DNA from: Raillietiella orientalis
Lineage: Eukaryota
Length of the DNA: 64,000 nt
Direction: 5' to 3'
Assembly: GCA_036172245.1 (NCBI GenBank)
Contig: JAYWIR010000008.1
Span: forward strand, 2,914,001-2,978,000
The notes under the pieces were generated by a model. It was not told the DNA's origin. It saw only the letters and a program-made list of their open reading frames with translations, and did no database searches. A program made the translations under genes and the position numbers. Positions 12,950 to 25,500 of the stretch are shown piece after piece; positions within the stretch are counted from its first letter, which is position 1; each line of letters begins with the position of its first letter.

Positions 12950-13460
12950 CAGATCCAGAGTGATGGGAAGCTCAGCGGGCCCAGTGGATATCAGCTGGCT
13001 TCCGCCCATCCCCCTTCGGGAATCAGAGAGGCATTCTTCCAGGAAGCTTGGAACCACATCTTAGGCGGATACGTTCCTGAAGGAGATACGGTAGTCGGGA
13101 GGCCACCGTCTTTCCTACCGGCACCACTACTTTCATGCCGGATGAGGTCTGTTTAATTTTCCGGAAGTGTGAGATCTTTTCGGCCGGCTCCCATCAGAAG
13201 ACATCCGCAGGATAAAGGCCCGTGCGGAAAGAGCCAACCTCCGCCTTCACCTGAGTAAGGTGGGGGAGAGAGGAGGGCAAAATCCCTACGGATAGAAGCA
13301 GACAGAAGCTTTGCGATCCTTTCCCGATTCCGGAAGACTTCTCGGCAGCTGGAGGCCCACATCCATCAGAGATAGCATCTACCGCTTGTGTGGCAAGGCA
13401 CCTGCCGCCCAAACTTTGCAAAGCATGAAGCAGGTTGGATAAAGATGCAATCTGTCCGCC
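12950..13460 (-). pseudogene. Decayed LRR fragment (NLR-type)
   Basis: Minus-strand peptide LSLMDVGLQLPRSLPESGK resembles the plant NLR LRR consensus LxxLxLxxCxxLxxLPES. Confidence 0.35.
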
Positions 13461-14329
13461 GGGCAGAAACCAACGCAGTCTCGTCCCCGCCGCCCCCGTG
13501 CGTGGAGTCCCGGGGTGAGCGAGAGATGCCCAGCCGCGCCGAAGCCGAAACGTCCGAGATGGGTCCGAGATTCGGCCGCGAGTCGTCCGCAGCTACGGAC
13601 GCTTCAGCCGCGTGCTCTGCGTGTCGAAATGGGAAGAGAGCGTGGCGTTCTCCCGCCTCCGCGCGGAGAGTTTCAGGCGACCACGAGCATGTCAAAGAGC
13701 GGGTGAAGGAACGCCGTTCCCGGTTGCAGAGACGTATCGGGGGAGAGTGCTAGTGACGAAACGGTTTTCTTTCTCTTCTTTCGAAAAGTAAAAAATCGTC
13801 CCTAGGATGTTGCTTTTCTTTCCTTCTTCGCTGTCTCTGAAGATGCCTCGCCTCCCATACCAGCTGCCAAGCACTGCCACTGGTTCCAACCGTGGGCGAA
13901 TGAAGCCAACCGCTCCCTCCTCTCCCTCGGATTCGATGACGTAGGAGATCATCAAAACAGAAGAACCAGCGGTGGTGGCGGAACACTTGCTCGGAAGGTC
14001 GAGCGGTCAAGTGGTCAGCCCCTTGAAATCTGGCCGAAATGCTGGCGGAAAATGAAGCGCGTGCTCGGAAAAACACGCCGTAAATTCAGCTCAGCAAGGT
14101 GCCTGCTGGTATCCGCGGTTCCCCCGAGCACCGCGAAGGACCTGTCAGCGACGCCCGAGAGCGAAAGTGGTTTCCCCAGCTCGACACACGCATCGTTTCC
14201 CTTGTCCCTTCCCGCCTTTCCCCTCCCCCACTTCTCCCTCCGTCTCCGACGCTGCTGCCAGCGGCCGAACGAGGAAGAGAGTGATCGCGCCCGCTTCTGT
14301 TTACAAGCGCCACGGGAGTAATCCCGGAA

Positions 14330-15030
14330 ACCCGCACTTTTTAAAGTCGGCGTACAGCGTTGGAAATCCCTGCAAGCAATCCCTGGAGATCAAAATCAAT
14401 ATCTGGATAAGGAGAGAATTTTCCATGAGGATCTCCAGACTCCCCGCTGCCCGTGCCGCACCTCCGCTCGTCACGCTGCCGCCAACGTGATCACTCGAAA
14501 TCGAAGCTGCGGCGGGACTCCGGATGGGAAAGTGCAATCCAGCTGCTTCCGGAAGGGCTTCCGTCCCACGTCGAGAGCGATCCTCCAAGAGGGAATCCCC
14601 TTGTTTGGGGTGACAGAACCCTCCTCAAGGGAAGGATGAGGAAGGGGGAACTGTGAAGTCCCAGTTCGCTTCCTGTTCCAGATGCACGTATGCTGCTTCA
14701 AGTGATGGGAGAACACGCACGGCAGCATAGCTAGACTGTGTTGCGTGTCGTTCCACATCGACAGGACACAGCAGGCAGGATGCGACCTGAGTCGACCCAG
14801 GGCAGACCTACGCTGCCTAGTCTGCAGAAGACGACCAGCCCACCTAAGCGATACCGGAACTCAAGGAAGCAGACTCGGCGCCGTCAGGCATTTTCAAGTC
14901 TGCACCAAGGAGCGCCAACGCCTTGATCGACATCGAGGCGACACATGAAAAGTGCAAGATGCTCTCCAGCAACCAAGAGATACCTGGCGCGATCCCAAGG
15001 ATGACGCATTCGTGAGCGGGAAGAATTTAC
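14330..15030 (-). pseudogene. Decayed LRR fragment (NLR-type)
   Basis: Minus-strand peptides SLLPxVPVSL, SLAMLPCVF, EALPEAAGL and LIQILILISRDCLQGFPTL. Confidence 0.4.
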
Positions 15031-15089
15031 CGAGTTCGTAGTCCTTTCCTCTCACTCCTGGGGTGGGTGGGAACTCGGAATGGAGATCA

Positions 15090-15360
15090 CCTCCACACTA
15101 ATTGTCTCTGAAGGGAAACTCCAAAGGGAATCTCCATCCTCATTCTCACCAGAGGGACCCCCGGAAGAGTCCGCTCCATTTTTTCTTCTCCGGAGGGAAC
15201 CTGCAAGGATACAGCTCCTGTTTGCTCCTCTGAAGAGAACCCCAAAGGGACGCTTCCGAAATTCGGAAGGGGAGCTGCCTCCCCGAAGGGATCGTTCTCG
15301 CTTCTCTTCACTCTCTGGAGAAGTGGCGACAAACCAACTTCATCAAAACCACGACGGAGG
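15090..15360 (-). mobile_element. Internal fragment (about 40-bp subrepeat region) of the tRNA-headed repeat family
   Basis: The units ctctgaagggaaactc, ctccggagggaacctgcaagg and ctcctctgaagagaacccc match 44000-44110 and 19205-19290. Confidence 0.6.
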
Positions 15361-15479
15361 GTCCATCCCCCACCCTGTCGATCAGTAGTCCCGCGGTCGA
15401 CAAAGCTGCAGCGTCCGGCGGTTGCGCCGTCCGGGACGCCATGAAAGCGACGTGGCGCATGCGAACCCGGATTGGCGAG

Positions 15480-16110
15480 TCGCCAGAAGGTAGCCGCCTG
15501 TCAGCACCGCGCAGCTACAAGACCGAAGCTTGCAGGCTTGGCGCGGTGGCGGTGCCGAAGGAGGCGACGGTGCGGCCCGGAGGAACTGCCCACCACTCCG
15601 GCGAGGGAAAACTCTCTGACAAGGATTCGCGAGAGCTCTTCGCGGTCCAGCCTTCTGTCCAGCAGCGGCGATGCTGGTCGAAAGAGGGGAAGCAACAGGA
15701 ACTGCGGGGAAAATTCCTCTTCTGCATTCCCGTTGCGTGGCGCCGAATTCTCTCAACAGCTGGGGGACAGGGAACGACCGGGAAAGATCGATGCATCCAA
15801 AAATACATCTGGAATAATCGAATGAAAAAGCCGATTTAACTTTCCCCTCGTTGAGTCAAAGGCTGTTGCAGGATCCAGTCTGGAGGCATAGCAGCCTCCA
15901 TCACTGGATCCAGGTGGACCGCCCCGCTCGGCCCAAAAACTCGATCCTTCGAGAGAGAGAGAGAGAAGGCGGCAATCGGATTTGCTCTTCTTCGCCCTTT
16001 GCGGCTCGGGCTCGAGTGGCAACTTTGGGGGCGCGGCGCTTGGAAAACAAAAGCATCAGAACTCGCTGTAGAAGGGGTTTGTTTGTTCCGGGCAGGGAGC
16101 AAGCGGTTCC
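15480..16110 (+). pseudogene. Decayed NB-ARC fragment
   Basis: RNBS-B PEGSRL (15483-15500), RNBS-C KLSDKDSRELF (15609-15641), GLPL-like FCIPVAW, RNBS-D-like LTFPSLSQ and RRLENKSI, in the correct order. Confidence 0.6.
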
Positions 16111-16801
16111 GGGCAGCCCTCCCGGCGGAGAGGATCCAGCACGCAGGAATGGTGCCAAGGGGCGGGTGCCGGAATTCTTCGCGGGCTCCACGCGTGCGGA
16201 TGCGGCGCTCAGGAACCAACCGATCCGCGCGTCCGGAAGATGCGGAGCACTGGGAGGTCCGCCGGAAACTGCCTGGGTCGTCGTCGTCGCTGCAGCCGAA
16301 TTTTCAAACAGGGGTTCAAGCTCGTACGGATTTCGCTGGGACAACAAGAAGACACAACGGGGGAGGAAGGGGGGGGGTTGGGAGGAAAGTTTCCATCTGG
16401 ACCCATCCGCTGGAGATGGTGCTTACACTGCGCCGAAGACGAGCGCTCTCGGGAGAAAGAGAGCGGCCGAGGATGCTTTTTCTCACAACAGCGGCTGCGC
16501 GCGCCTAACTTTACGAGTCAGGACGTGCCTGCACCTGTGACCTCAGCTCGCCGGGTCTCAGGGTGCGCTGCTCCTGTTCGCCGACAGATTCCCTTCTGTT
16601 TTGTTTTCCTCTTCCTCCTACTCGACTCCCTGCCTTCCTCCCTTTATTTATTTTTTCCTTCCCTGGCACTCCCTCTTGTTTTTTTTGCCTGTCTCCCTCG
16701 TCACTCTCGTCTTCATGATTGCCACCTCGATAGTGGTGGTGGTCGCTGTCCATCCATCATCACTCGATGCCCCACGTGCTCAGAAATCTGATCAAAATGC
16801 A

Positions 16802-17614
16802 GCACGCGTGGGCGGCCGCGTGGCCGCGGTCTCCGAGCGTGGCACCAGACGTCGCGGGTTCGAATCCTGCCTGCGAAAGACCGACGCTGAGAAATGGGCG
16901 CGCGTCGTGGGTTTCGAGTCCCCCCCCCTTCCCCGCAGGATGACTCTGGTTGGCCTGCGAGTGCGGCACTGATGGAAACCGGAACTCTCCGGATGCTCCC
17001 GTTGAAAGGCCGGGGTCCTTTCAGGCAGAATCAAGCAGTCGGTTCCCTTCGAGGTTCCCCTCCGGTTGCGAAAAGGGAGCCGCGCGCACCATGCAGCTGG
17101 TTGATGCCTCCCCGGGGGACCGCCTCTCCCGAATGTCTGAAGCGCGCTGCTCCCTTCGCGCTTCGGAGAAATCGGGAAGTGTCCTTCCGGGGTTCTCTTC
17201 GGAACAGGAATCAAAAAAGGAACGGTTCCCTTGCGGGTTCCCTCCGGAGACCCCGGTCAGTCACCGTTCCCTCTGCCGTTCGCCTCCTGCGACTGCTGTT
17301 CCCCCCTCCTGCCTCTCTTCCGCCCCTAAACCCAGTCCCCCTTCTTTGCTTCCTTACACGTCCTCGCTCCTACGCGCTCTCTCGCTTCGCGGTGGTGCGA
17401 GGAAGGCGGGGGAGATTCAGGCGCCGCCGCGGCAGCAGGCAGACATGCCAAACCGGAAGGGAGGAGGAAGCGGCAGCACCGGTTGCCAAGGGATCCAGAT
17501 GCGTCGCGATCCCGACTCCGAGCCGCAGGCTCTGCTCGATTTCACCTTCATCCACGGGTAGGGCCGGCGCACCCACGGACGCCGCCGATCGGACAAACAG
17601 ATATTCCCGTCGCC
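16802..17614 (+). mobile_element. Repeat element with tRNA-like head (SINE-like or LINE 5' end), copy 1 of the inverted pair
   Basis: The T-arm gcggg-ttcgaat-cctgc carries a B box GGTTCGAATCC (16857-16867). A second B-box-like gggtttcgagtcc lies at 16909-16921. Related copies are at 19k, 45.7k, 55.3k and 60.6k. The element may continue to about 17900. Confidence 0.85.
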
Positions 17615-18029
17615 CTTCATCGAAGTCGGGGAGCGAACTTTCGGGGTCCTCTTTGAAGGAGGAATATCAAGGAACGGTTCCCTCGCATGTGCCCTCTGGA
17701 GAAGAAATTCAGGAGAAGCAGCGCCTGAAAGATTCGGAGGCTGCGGCCCGGACGTCCCCACGGATGGCGCACAGGGCTCAACGAACACAACGCGTTGAGT
17801 GACCGGAAACCGCGACGGGCCGGAAACTTCCCTCCCGGGTCGAAGGTAGGCGCGAACCCGCCTCAGGAGCATTTGGCTGACGCAGTAGGGGAGGCTGGCT
17901 CGCGCCCAATCCCTTTTCCGGAACGTTCTGGGGAACCGGTGACGTCCTCGTCACTTTCTGAGCTGCCCGCGAGGGAAGAGCGTGGACAGCGAGCGGAAGG
18001 GAGGCCTTCGAGCTAGGAGTGCGCGAGGG

Positions 18030-20050
18030 GTCCTCTGGCACCGCCCAAAGCTCTCAGCATCCGCTTCCGCCTTAAAACCGTGGATTCTTGGAGCGAGAAT
18101 CTTTCTGGTGACTCTCCATCCATCCAGGGAAGGCGTGGCTCTTTTAAAAGGGAGGAATGCCACGGAACGCTTTGAAGACCGCCATCCGGAAAGGCACTTC
18201 GCATGGACTCTTCCTCAAGTGAACGCGTGCAACGCGCACTGCAACGAACTGTCGGACCAACTTCTTGTCGCTTTCTTCTACTCAGTCATCATCCGTTTTT
18301 TTTTTCCTTTTTTTTTTTGCATATTCTCTCACAGAAGCTGAGACGGGAGGCTGTTACTGAATTTGAGCACAGTGCTTTGCTAGGCGATGCTTTAGTTAGG
18401 CGTTGCCGAGGCAACCGCATCCGCCAGACTCCTTCGTCCTCGTGATTCGTCTTGGCATCTCTTCCAATGGAAGCAGACAGAATGGATACCAGGAAGGAAG
18501 GGAGGGGAGGGAGCATGTAGCTGATGAACCGGAAAGGAAGCGAGTGGCAGAAAGTGATCCTCGCAGGTTCCGGATTGGCTTTCGGCCCCAGAGCCGTACC
18601 AGTCTCCCGGAGGGCGGAAACGTATTGCGCGTGCGCGGTCGGTTCGTCTTCTTCGTCTCCCGCCGACCAGACTGGCCGAACTGCACAGCCTGCAAGAAGG
18701 CCGATGGCTCACCTAAAGGAATTCTGGAGAGGAGACCTCCCGGATTTTTGATTGTCCATCCACCCAAGGGAAGACTTCCCGGAATAAATTCCAGGAAGAG
18801 TTGTCCTTCTTCTGCTTTGGAGGGAGGATAGGATACAAAGAACGGCGACGGGAATATCTGTTTGTCCGATCGGCGGCGTCCGTGGGTGCGCCGGCCCTAC
18901 CCGTGGATGAAGGTGAAATCGAGCAGAGCCTGCGGCTCGGAGTCGGGATCGCGACGCATCTGGATCCCTTGGCAACCGGTGCTGCCGCTTCCTCCTCCCT
19001 TCCGGTTTGGCATGTCTGCCTGCTGCCGCGGCGGCGCCTGAATCTCCCCCGCCTTCCTCGCACCACCGCGAAGCGAGAGAGCGCGTAGGAGCGAGGACGT
19101 GTAAGGAAGCAAAGAAGGGGGACTGGGTTTAGGGGCGGAAGAGAGGCAGGAGGGGGGAACAGCAGTCGCAGGAGGCGAACGGCAGAGGGAACGGTGACTG
19201 ACCGGGGTCTCCGGAGGGAACCCGCAAGGGAACCGTTCCTTCTTTGATTCCTGCTCCGAAGAGAACCCCGGAAGGACACTTCCCGATTTCTCCGAAGCGC
19301 GAAGGGAGCAGCGCGCTTCAGACATTCGGGAGAGGCGGTCCCCCGGGGAGGCATCAACCAGCTGCATGGTGCGCGCGGCTCCCTTTTCGCAACCGGAGGG
19401 GAACCTCGAAGGGAACCGACTGCTTGATTCTGCCTGAAAGGACCCCGGCCTTTCAACGGGAGCATCCGGAGAGTTCCGGTTTCCATCAGTGCCGCACTCG
19501 CAGGCCAACCAGAGTCATCCTGCGGGGAAGGGGGGGGGGACTCGAAACCCACGACGCGCGCCCATTTCTCAGCGTCGGTCTTTCGCAGGCAGGATTCGAA
19601 CCCGCGACGTCTGGTGCCACGCTCGGAGACCGCGGCCACGCGGCCGCCAACGAGGGCTTCTCCGGATACCGCTGGCGACGCAAAACCGCAAGCAGGATCG
19701 CACGGATCCAGGATCAAAGCTGCTTCGTGCAGGAGCTCTCGGGAGCTGCTCCCAGAAGTGGGATTTTTCCGGTAGAACCTTTGGCTTTTCTTGTTCCATC
19801 AAGACTCCCTGCAGGGACGGAACCCCTCGGCGGCGAAGTGACTCCCTCAGTTGCCATCGAGGAGGTTCCGACCTTCAGGCCTCTGTGCCACACGACGTCC
19901 AGCAGAGAGAGGCTTTGATCGCAGCACATACTATAACAGTTTGCTCAAAGTGCGTGACAAAGACAGAGAGACTCTCGAGAAAATGGACGCTGGCGTGACA
20001 GCTGCGGACTCGGGAACGCTTTCCGTTTGCCTAGCGACCGGACAGCGGAA
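18030..20050 (+). pseudogene. Decayed NB-ARC (18030-18800) plus LRR (19700-20050) relic, interrupted by the 18844-19658 element
   Basis: RNBS-B WILGARIFLVT (18081-18113), RNBS-C NELSDQLLVAFF, LGDALVRRCRG and RRFRIGF. After the insertion: AIEEVPTF and VPHDVQQREAL. Confidence 0.5.
18844..19658 (-). mobile_element. Inverted near-identical copy of the tRNA-headed element
   Basis: 18844-19648 is the reverse complement of 16811-17614. I could see only two substitutions and a 1-nt homopolymer difference. Confidence 0.95.
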
Positions 20051-20359
20051 CTAATTAGTTGCGTGCGCGACAGGTTCATTACACCATAAGACATTCGTCA
20101 TCGAGGAGGAACCGCCGCCAATTACAATTTGAATGCATTTTTCACCTGTCTCGCTATCGGCGGACCTGATCGAGCCCAGCTGGTCAACAAAAATCTTCCC
20201 GGTTTTCGAAAACCTGCAAGTCTTATTTACCTGTCCTCAGAATCAGGGACGATTTTTTCTGTTCGCTGATCTTTGTAAAAAAAAAAATTGCACACATTTT
20301 TCCCCCTCTCTCCACCTTCCTCCTTTCTCTTCTTTCTCCCTGATCCTCTCTGGTCCGGG

Positions 20360-22250
20360 TGAGCTCGTCTTCCGTTCCGTTGCTGCAAAGTGCCGATGCG
20401 TGTCCTCATCTTTACGGGGAACCGACTGCTCGGCTGAATGTCTTGGAGCACGCGCGTGCGGTGGTCCGAAGACGATCCGAAGGGATTCTCAGGGAGCACA
20501 CAAAGGAGAAGGGGGGAGGGGGGAGGACGTATGGGGGAGAGAGGAAAATGAGCTCCGGCAGCCTTCAGAGATGGCACCCGCGAGCGTGTTCCGGGCATGC
20601 GCGCTCTCGTCAACCCGCACTTTCAGGAGGGGAGTGGAGGGGGAAGCCAGGCACGTGCGTCTCCCGGACCGAATCACCCAAGGCTGGCTGAACGAGCCTG
20701 TCCTCCCGGAACGCAAGTAGGTATCGTTCCAGAAAAACTCGCACGGAACGAACGCGGCTCGTCAAGCGGACGGAAGTCAATAACTTGTGAAATTTCCTTT
20801 GTGAGGAGCCAACAGCTGGAACGACGGCAGCAATAAGTAGGGCAAATATATGTAGGGCAAAATGTACAATAAATATGCAGAGGCATACGGAAAATCCCCA
20901 ACCGCCAGGACGAGCTCCATCAAGCCTCGAAGGTGACTTTTCGCCCTCGTCCGGAAAAGGCTGGTACCGGACGGAGCAGAAGCTGTGCTGTGAGGTGCCG
21001 ACGACCACCGACCGACATGGGACGGGACGGTAGGCGGGCGCGGCGTGCCCGGAATCCTTGCAATCCTCCCCGAGATTTGGGAGGGATTCGTGGCGCGCCG
21101 CTCTATGGTGTCAAGGGAGAGATAGGATTCTGCCAAGCGCTCCCGTGCACCGCAGAGGACCGTACCTCCTGGTCTGTTCGGGAGCCGACGGGGTGGTCCC
21201 CGGCATCCCAGCTCGCGCTGCTCACTGATTCTTGTGCCTATTTTTATTCAGGACCTTTAGCCTCGCCCTGCAGGATCAGATGGTTTCCCTGAGGTAGCGC
21301 AGCTCGTCGAGGTCCCCGAACCAAGTGCCGAGCAGGTACACCATACTGAAGTGCATGACGTTCTGATCTTCCTACCCATCTTGAACCCGGTCCTCTGGGT
21401 GATGGCTATCTCGAGCATCGTGGCCATCTCTTCCTCGTAGGGGGTCGTATGCACGAGCAGCATCTTCCTCTGGCTGGTGAGCTGGGGTAGATGTCAGTCT
21501 TCATGGGAAATTTTGCGTCCGCCAGCTCTCTCTCGCTCGTCCCCCTCGGACGACAAAAGGCAGGCAGGCGGTCTTCTGTTTGGGAAGGGGAGGGGTGGAC
21601 TTTTGGTTCCTTCGGCTGGGACGCGCGCCGCTGCTTCTGCAGGGGGAAGGCGGAAGAGGACGCGCGAGACGACCGTCGGCCCCGAAATCGAATCCTCCCG
21701 TCCGAGCTGGACGGGGAAGCGAACCCTTTCGGACTCGGTAGCGACTAGAAGGCTGTCTCGCGGCCGATAAAACGTGCGACATCGGGAAGATCCACTTGTC
21801 GTGACAATTCCTAAATGCCAGAGGACCGTGGGGGTGCCGTGCGATCAGCCCGCTGACGCAGGAGTGGTCCTGCTTCGGGAAGATGGGAGAGGAAGGAGAG
21901 AAAATCAGTACATGGGTGGAAAAGCAGTCGTTTATCAAAAGTATCGATCGAAAACGGATCCTGAAGATGCTCGGGCGTGGGTTCCCTGCAAGCGTGTACG
22001 CTTGTCCTCTTCGCCATGGCATCGCCCTCTTGGAGGGGTCGGAGATTGCTCTGGGGCTAGGAAGGCCAGCGACGCGAGGATCATCGGAAACGCCTCTCTG
22101 TTGCACGGAGACGACGGTTCCTTCCTGAGATGTGCTTTCCTCGTTTCGTCACCTCATCTCAAAGGAACCCGGGTTGGTTGGGATGCTGTCGCCTTTGGAA
22201 ACAAATCAGAGAAATTATCGCGAGCGATTTTTCATCACTCTCATGGATTC
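20360..22250 (+). pseudogene. Possible NB-ARC C-terminal relic, interrupted by a minus-strand repeat fragment at about 20830-21760
   Basis: GLPL-like YGEPTARLNVL (about 20410-20445) and winged-helix/MHD-like TWVEKQSFIKSIDRKRILKMLG (about 21910-21975). Confidence 0.3.
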
Positions 22251-22749
22251 GCGCGCGGAGCACGGAGCATTCTCTCTCTTCCCCTTCTCTTTCCCTGCTT
22301 CCCGGTAAACAGACGTATTCTCCTGGCACGAGAGGACTCGAAGGAGCTGCCGGTCGCTGAGGGCTGAGAGCACGGACGTCCGAGCGGGCAAGGAAAATGC
22401 ACGAGCGAGCGAGAAGGATCCACCGCACCACTGTGGAAGGGCTCCTGGGAGCCCTGTTCCCCCCACTTCCCCTCCGTCCTCTGAGGTCGTTCGGCGGCGG
22501 CGAGAACTCTCCAGGAGGAGTGAGGCATTCAAATCCCACGGCCCAGCGCCGAGCTGGGCAACCAGTCGGCTGCGCCGCTTGCGGTCCAGAGATGAACGTC
22601 CATCCTGACGGAATAAACTCCACTTCCGCTTCCTCCTTCGATGATCTCCTTGATGCCTGGGCCGGCGTGCTGACCGTGGGTCTCCGGCGTTACCACTCAC
22701 CCCCCCCCCTCAGATACGACCAAATGTATCAAATGCTAAGCATTTCCTC

Positions 22750-23965
22750 GGATACTAAAACACGCCTTTTTATGGACGCAATGAAGCGTGCCTTCTGATC
22801 TTCTCGTGGATTAACAACCGCTTACCATGTGATCATGAATTTCCCCTGGTTACTGCCAGTGATTCGAAGGCTTGTGCTCGTTACAATGAATCTATCGATT
22901 ACTAGTAAGAGGATAAGCTGAGAAGAACTCAAGGACAATTCTCGAAACACACTTCACACCATCTGCAGCGTCCTGACCGGAACAGGTTTGACTGGTGCGC
23001 TTCGATGCAGCAGCCCATATGCGCGAAGTGACCAGAAGGTTTTCTCGTATCTGCTTCGAACGAGGAGCTCCTACGGCGAGGCGGTCACGTCTTTCGAAAA
23101 CTCGGACGTCCGAGGTCGGAAAGCGCCAATCAGGGAGGTCTTCCGAGAGAGGGTCCTCGGCTCTGCTGCCGATCTTGTGCCCAGAGTTCTTCTTGTCCAA
23201 ACAGGAAGTGTGCTCTTCTTGCCTTGCCCTTGGGAATCTGAGTGTCGAGCGTACGTCTCTGACGTAGCCAGGGTTTCCTCGACGCTGCAATGACCGGATT
23301 CTTTTGCTTCCAATGCGTCGGTAAACTACAAATTTTGATCTTCATGGATTTACAGTAAGAAAGGGATGGCAGGATATCATTTGCAGCTTCAAAGACTTTG
23401 AAGACCCTCAGACCAAAGATCTGCCTTCTGAGCTTTTATTTTTTTCAAATTCAAAAAGAGTTCAAAGAAATCCAAGCTAATGTACACATACTGTATGTAC
23501 ATTAGCATAAATTTTCGTTTTTTGTTCTTCTATAGATTGCAGTATACTCCCACCAAACAAGGATGTAATGCAAGGATACGGATGGACAACTCCTTGCTGG
23601 CAATTGCAGGTGCAGCGGAGCTGACCCACATACGTCTGTGCTTTTGTCAGCCGCGGCTGCGATCTGCGCTGACGCTTTCACCCAGCACGTGAGGTCACAG
23701 ATCGCGGCAGACATTCGGTTCAACAACGGCTTGTTGTCTGAAGACGTTCTTTGAGGACACCTTCGCAACTTCTGAGAACTCAGAGATTGTTTCTCCATTG
23801 CATTTCCTCGCCCTCGATTTCATTCGAAATCCACGAAACGCCAGTATGAGGGTCATGATAGCCGTGGGGACTTTCTTCGCTGTGGAAAAAATCCGTCGTG
23901 ACAAGGGCCGTCCGAGCTGACCTCTTGGAGGGACTTCGCCAAACGCGCCGAAGCCGCAGCAGAGT
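22750..23965 (-). pseudogene. Decayed NB-ARC C-terminus plus TNL-type first LRRs
   Basis: KVPTAIMTL (GLPL-like), KVSSKNVFRQQ, ARHSDSQGQG (MHD-like), then FWSLRAYGLLHRSAPVKPVP...VFRELSLSSSQLILL, which matches the TNL LR.L.W...P..LP....L.EL.L..S.L pattern. Confidence 0.6.
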
Positions 23966-23969
23966 TGTC

Positions 23970-24430
23970 ATCCGGGTGAGCCAAGGCGTTTATTTAGGAA
24001 TAAATAAATATTTACAAAGATTGTGGTTGGACCGACGGTCCAACCACAACGTCCGTTTCGTCGGGAGCCTGTCGGGTTAGCGGTTCGCAGACCGGTGAGG
24101 TCCTCCACGGCTGCAGGGGGGAGGAAGCAAACAAAAAGAAAAGGAAACAAACATGAAAATAAATAAACAACTTTGAGGGAAGGGGGGTTGCGGGAAGAGA
24201 TCACGTTCTGCTGGGGGCGATCCTCTGCATCCTTTGGAGGATGCTGGCAAGCTCTTGATGAAGTCCTTTGGATGGGGTCACCTCGTTGCCATCCTCATGA
24301 GTCGGACGGCGAAGTGGATGGCATCCCTGTCTCTGTGCCCTCCCTTGAGTCGCTCCAGGCAGCGACGATCCCTCGTAGGCAGCAGAGAGCTGCTAGAGAG
24401 GCTGCCGGCCGAAAGGCGTCACGAACGAGA
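23970..24430 (-). mobile_element. LINE 3' end fragment
   Basis: Minus strand encodes ASLAALCCLRGIVAAW (cf. ASLAVLCCVRGIVAAW at 61230), followed by a T-rich UTR and the terminus aataaacgccttggctcacccgga. Confidence 0.8.
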
Positions 24431-24939
24431 AGGGAAATCGCAACGGGATGATGTGAGCGCTCGTCGTCACGTTTCCTGGAGCCACTCGCGTTCCGGGAAC
24501 GGCCACCTCCGCTTCCGGTATAAAACTCCCTCCCTCCCGTCCCCATGTGGGGATCGCCTCGAACCCCAGAAAAATCCGAGGCGCCGCCGGCTGACCCGGT
24601 GAACCGGTGGTGCCCCGCTGTTCGAAGCCTTCCCCCTCCCTGCCCCGCTCGCTTGCGAAAGCTCTACCCTCCGGGGCGCGTCGTGGAAAAACGCGCAGCG
24701 CCGAAACTGCCGAGGCTCTGGGAAGTTCCCCGTCCCAAGCGTTCCCCTTCGCCATGCTTTCCGGGGAGGACGGACGGATGGGATCGTAGCCAGAAACGGC
24801 TTCCACGCTGCTCTGCTGTCCACGGATGCCTTAGCGCGAGATCACGATGATGAGATGCGATGTTCGTTGCGGGCCAGGAATGCTGACGTCTGCTGAGTCC
24901 GCGAGGGAAGGGGGAAGAGGGGGAAGAACCCAGGACAGA

Positions 24940-25500
24940 GACAGGAAGTGCCCTGATAATCCCGGCTCCGAGCAAATTTCCAGGAGGTAAACCCGTTGGA
25001 CGACTCTCGGTCGGCTGCGAGCTTCCAGGAGGGGGAAAAAGAAAACAAGGGAGCGAAGGAAGAAAATGAACGAACCGCGTGTGGGAGATGCTCGTCCGTA
25101 GAAGCGGGAGAAGAGCGAGAGCGAGAACTGGTGGATTCCTGGCTCCTGATGAAGAGGATCGCACGAGATCGCTGCGGGACTGCCGCCTCCGCTTCGTTTC
25201 GCTCCCCCCCCCCATTTTGCACCCTACGGTGGGCGCTGCGTGAACCGAATCCGGTTAACAGGGGGGGTACCTGTTCCATGCGTCCACTTCCCCTTCTTCG
25301 ATAGCTTCCTCGCCCAAATGCATCCTAGGAAACGCACCAGGACCCGTCAGCACCACGTGAATAATGGCACTTCCAGATTCTTGCTGGTCGGCTCCAGCGC
25401 CGTTCCCTTCCCCAGCAAGCACCACTCGAGCGTTCTGAAGGAGCCAATTAAGAGGGCGCAGACGCTCCTCGAAGGCGTTCCCGCCGTGAGGCAGTCGGAA
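24940..25500 (+). pseudogene. Possible NB-ARC/LRR relic
   Basis: FQEVNPLDDSRSAASF (RNBS-C-like), MKRIARDRCG and RFLLVGSSAVPFPSKHHSSVLKE. Confidence 0.3.

Noticed and set aside
13800..14080. NB-ARC kinase-2-like WFFCFDDL on the minus strand
   Set aside because: A single motif without well-spaced neighbours.
16802..16880. Functional tRNA gene
   Set aside because: The T-arm and B box are good, but there is no convincing acceptor or anticodon stem and no oligo-T terminator. It is embedded in a dispersed repeat.
18841..19651. 3-bp AAC target-site duplication around the right inverted arm
   Set aside because: The right-hand aac is part of the family head consensus (cgttggcggcc), so the match is probably chance.
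16894..19717. 302-aa and 334-aa near-identical ORFs as duplicated genes
   Set aside because: They are translations of the inverted repeat arms, span a tRNA-like head, and are Arg/Pro/Ser-rich with no domain.
20830..21760. LINE ORF1 / 3' UTR fragment on the minus strand
   Set aside because: It looks repeat-derived, but I could not align it confidently to the other copies or find a zinc knuckle.
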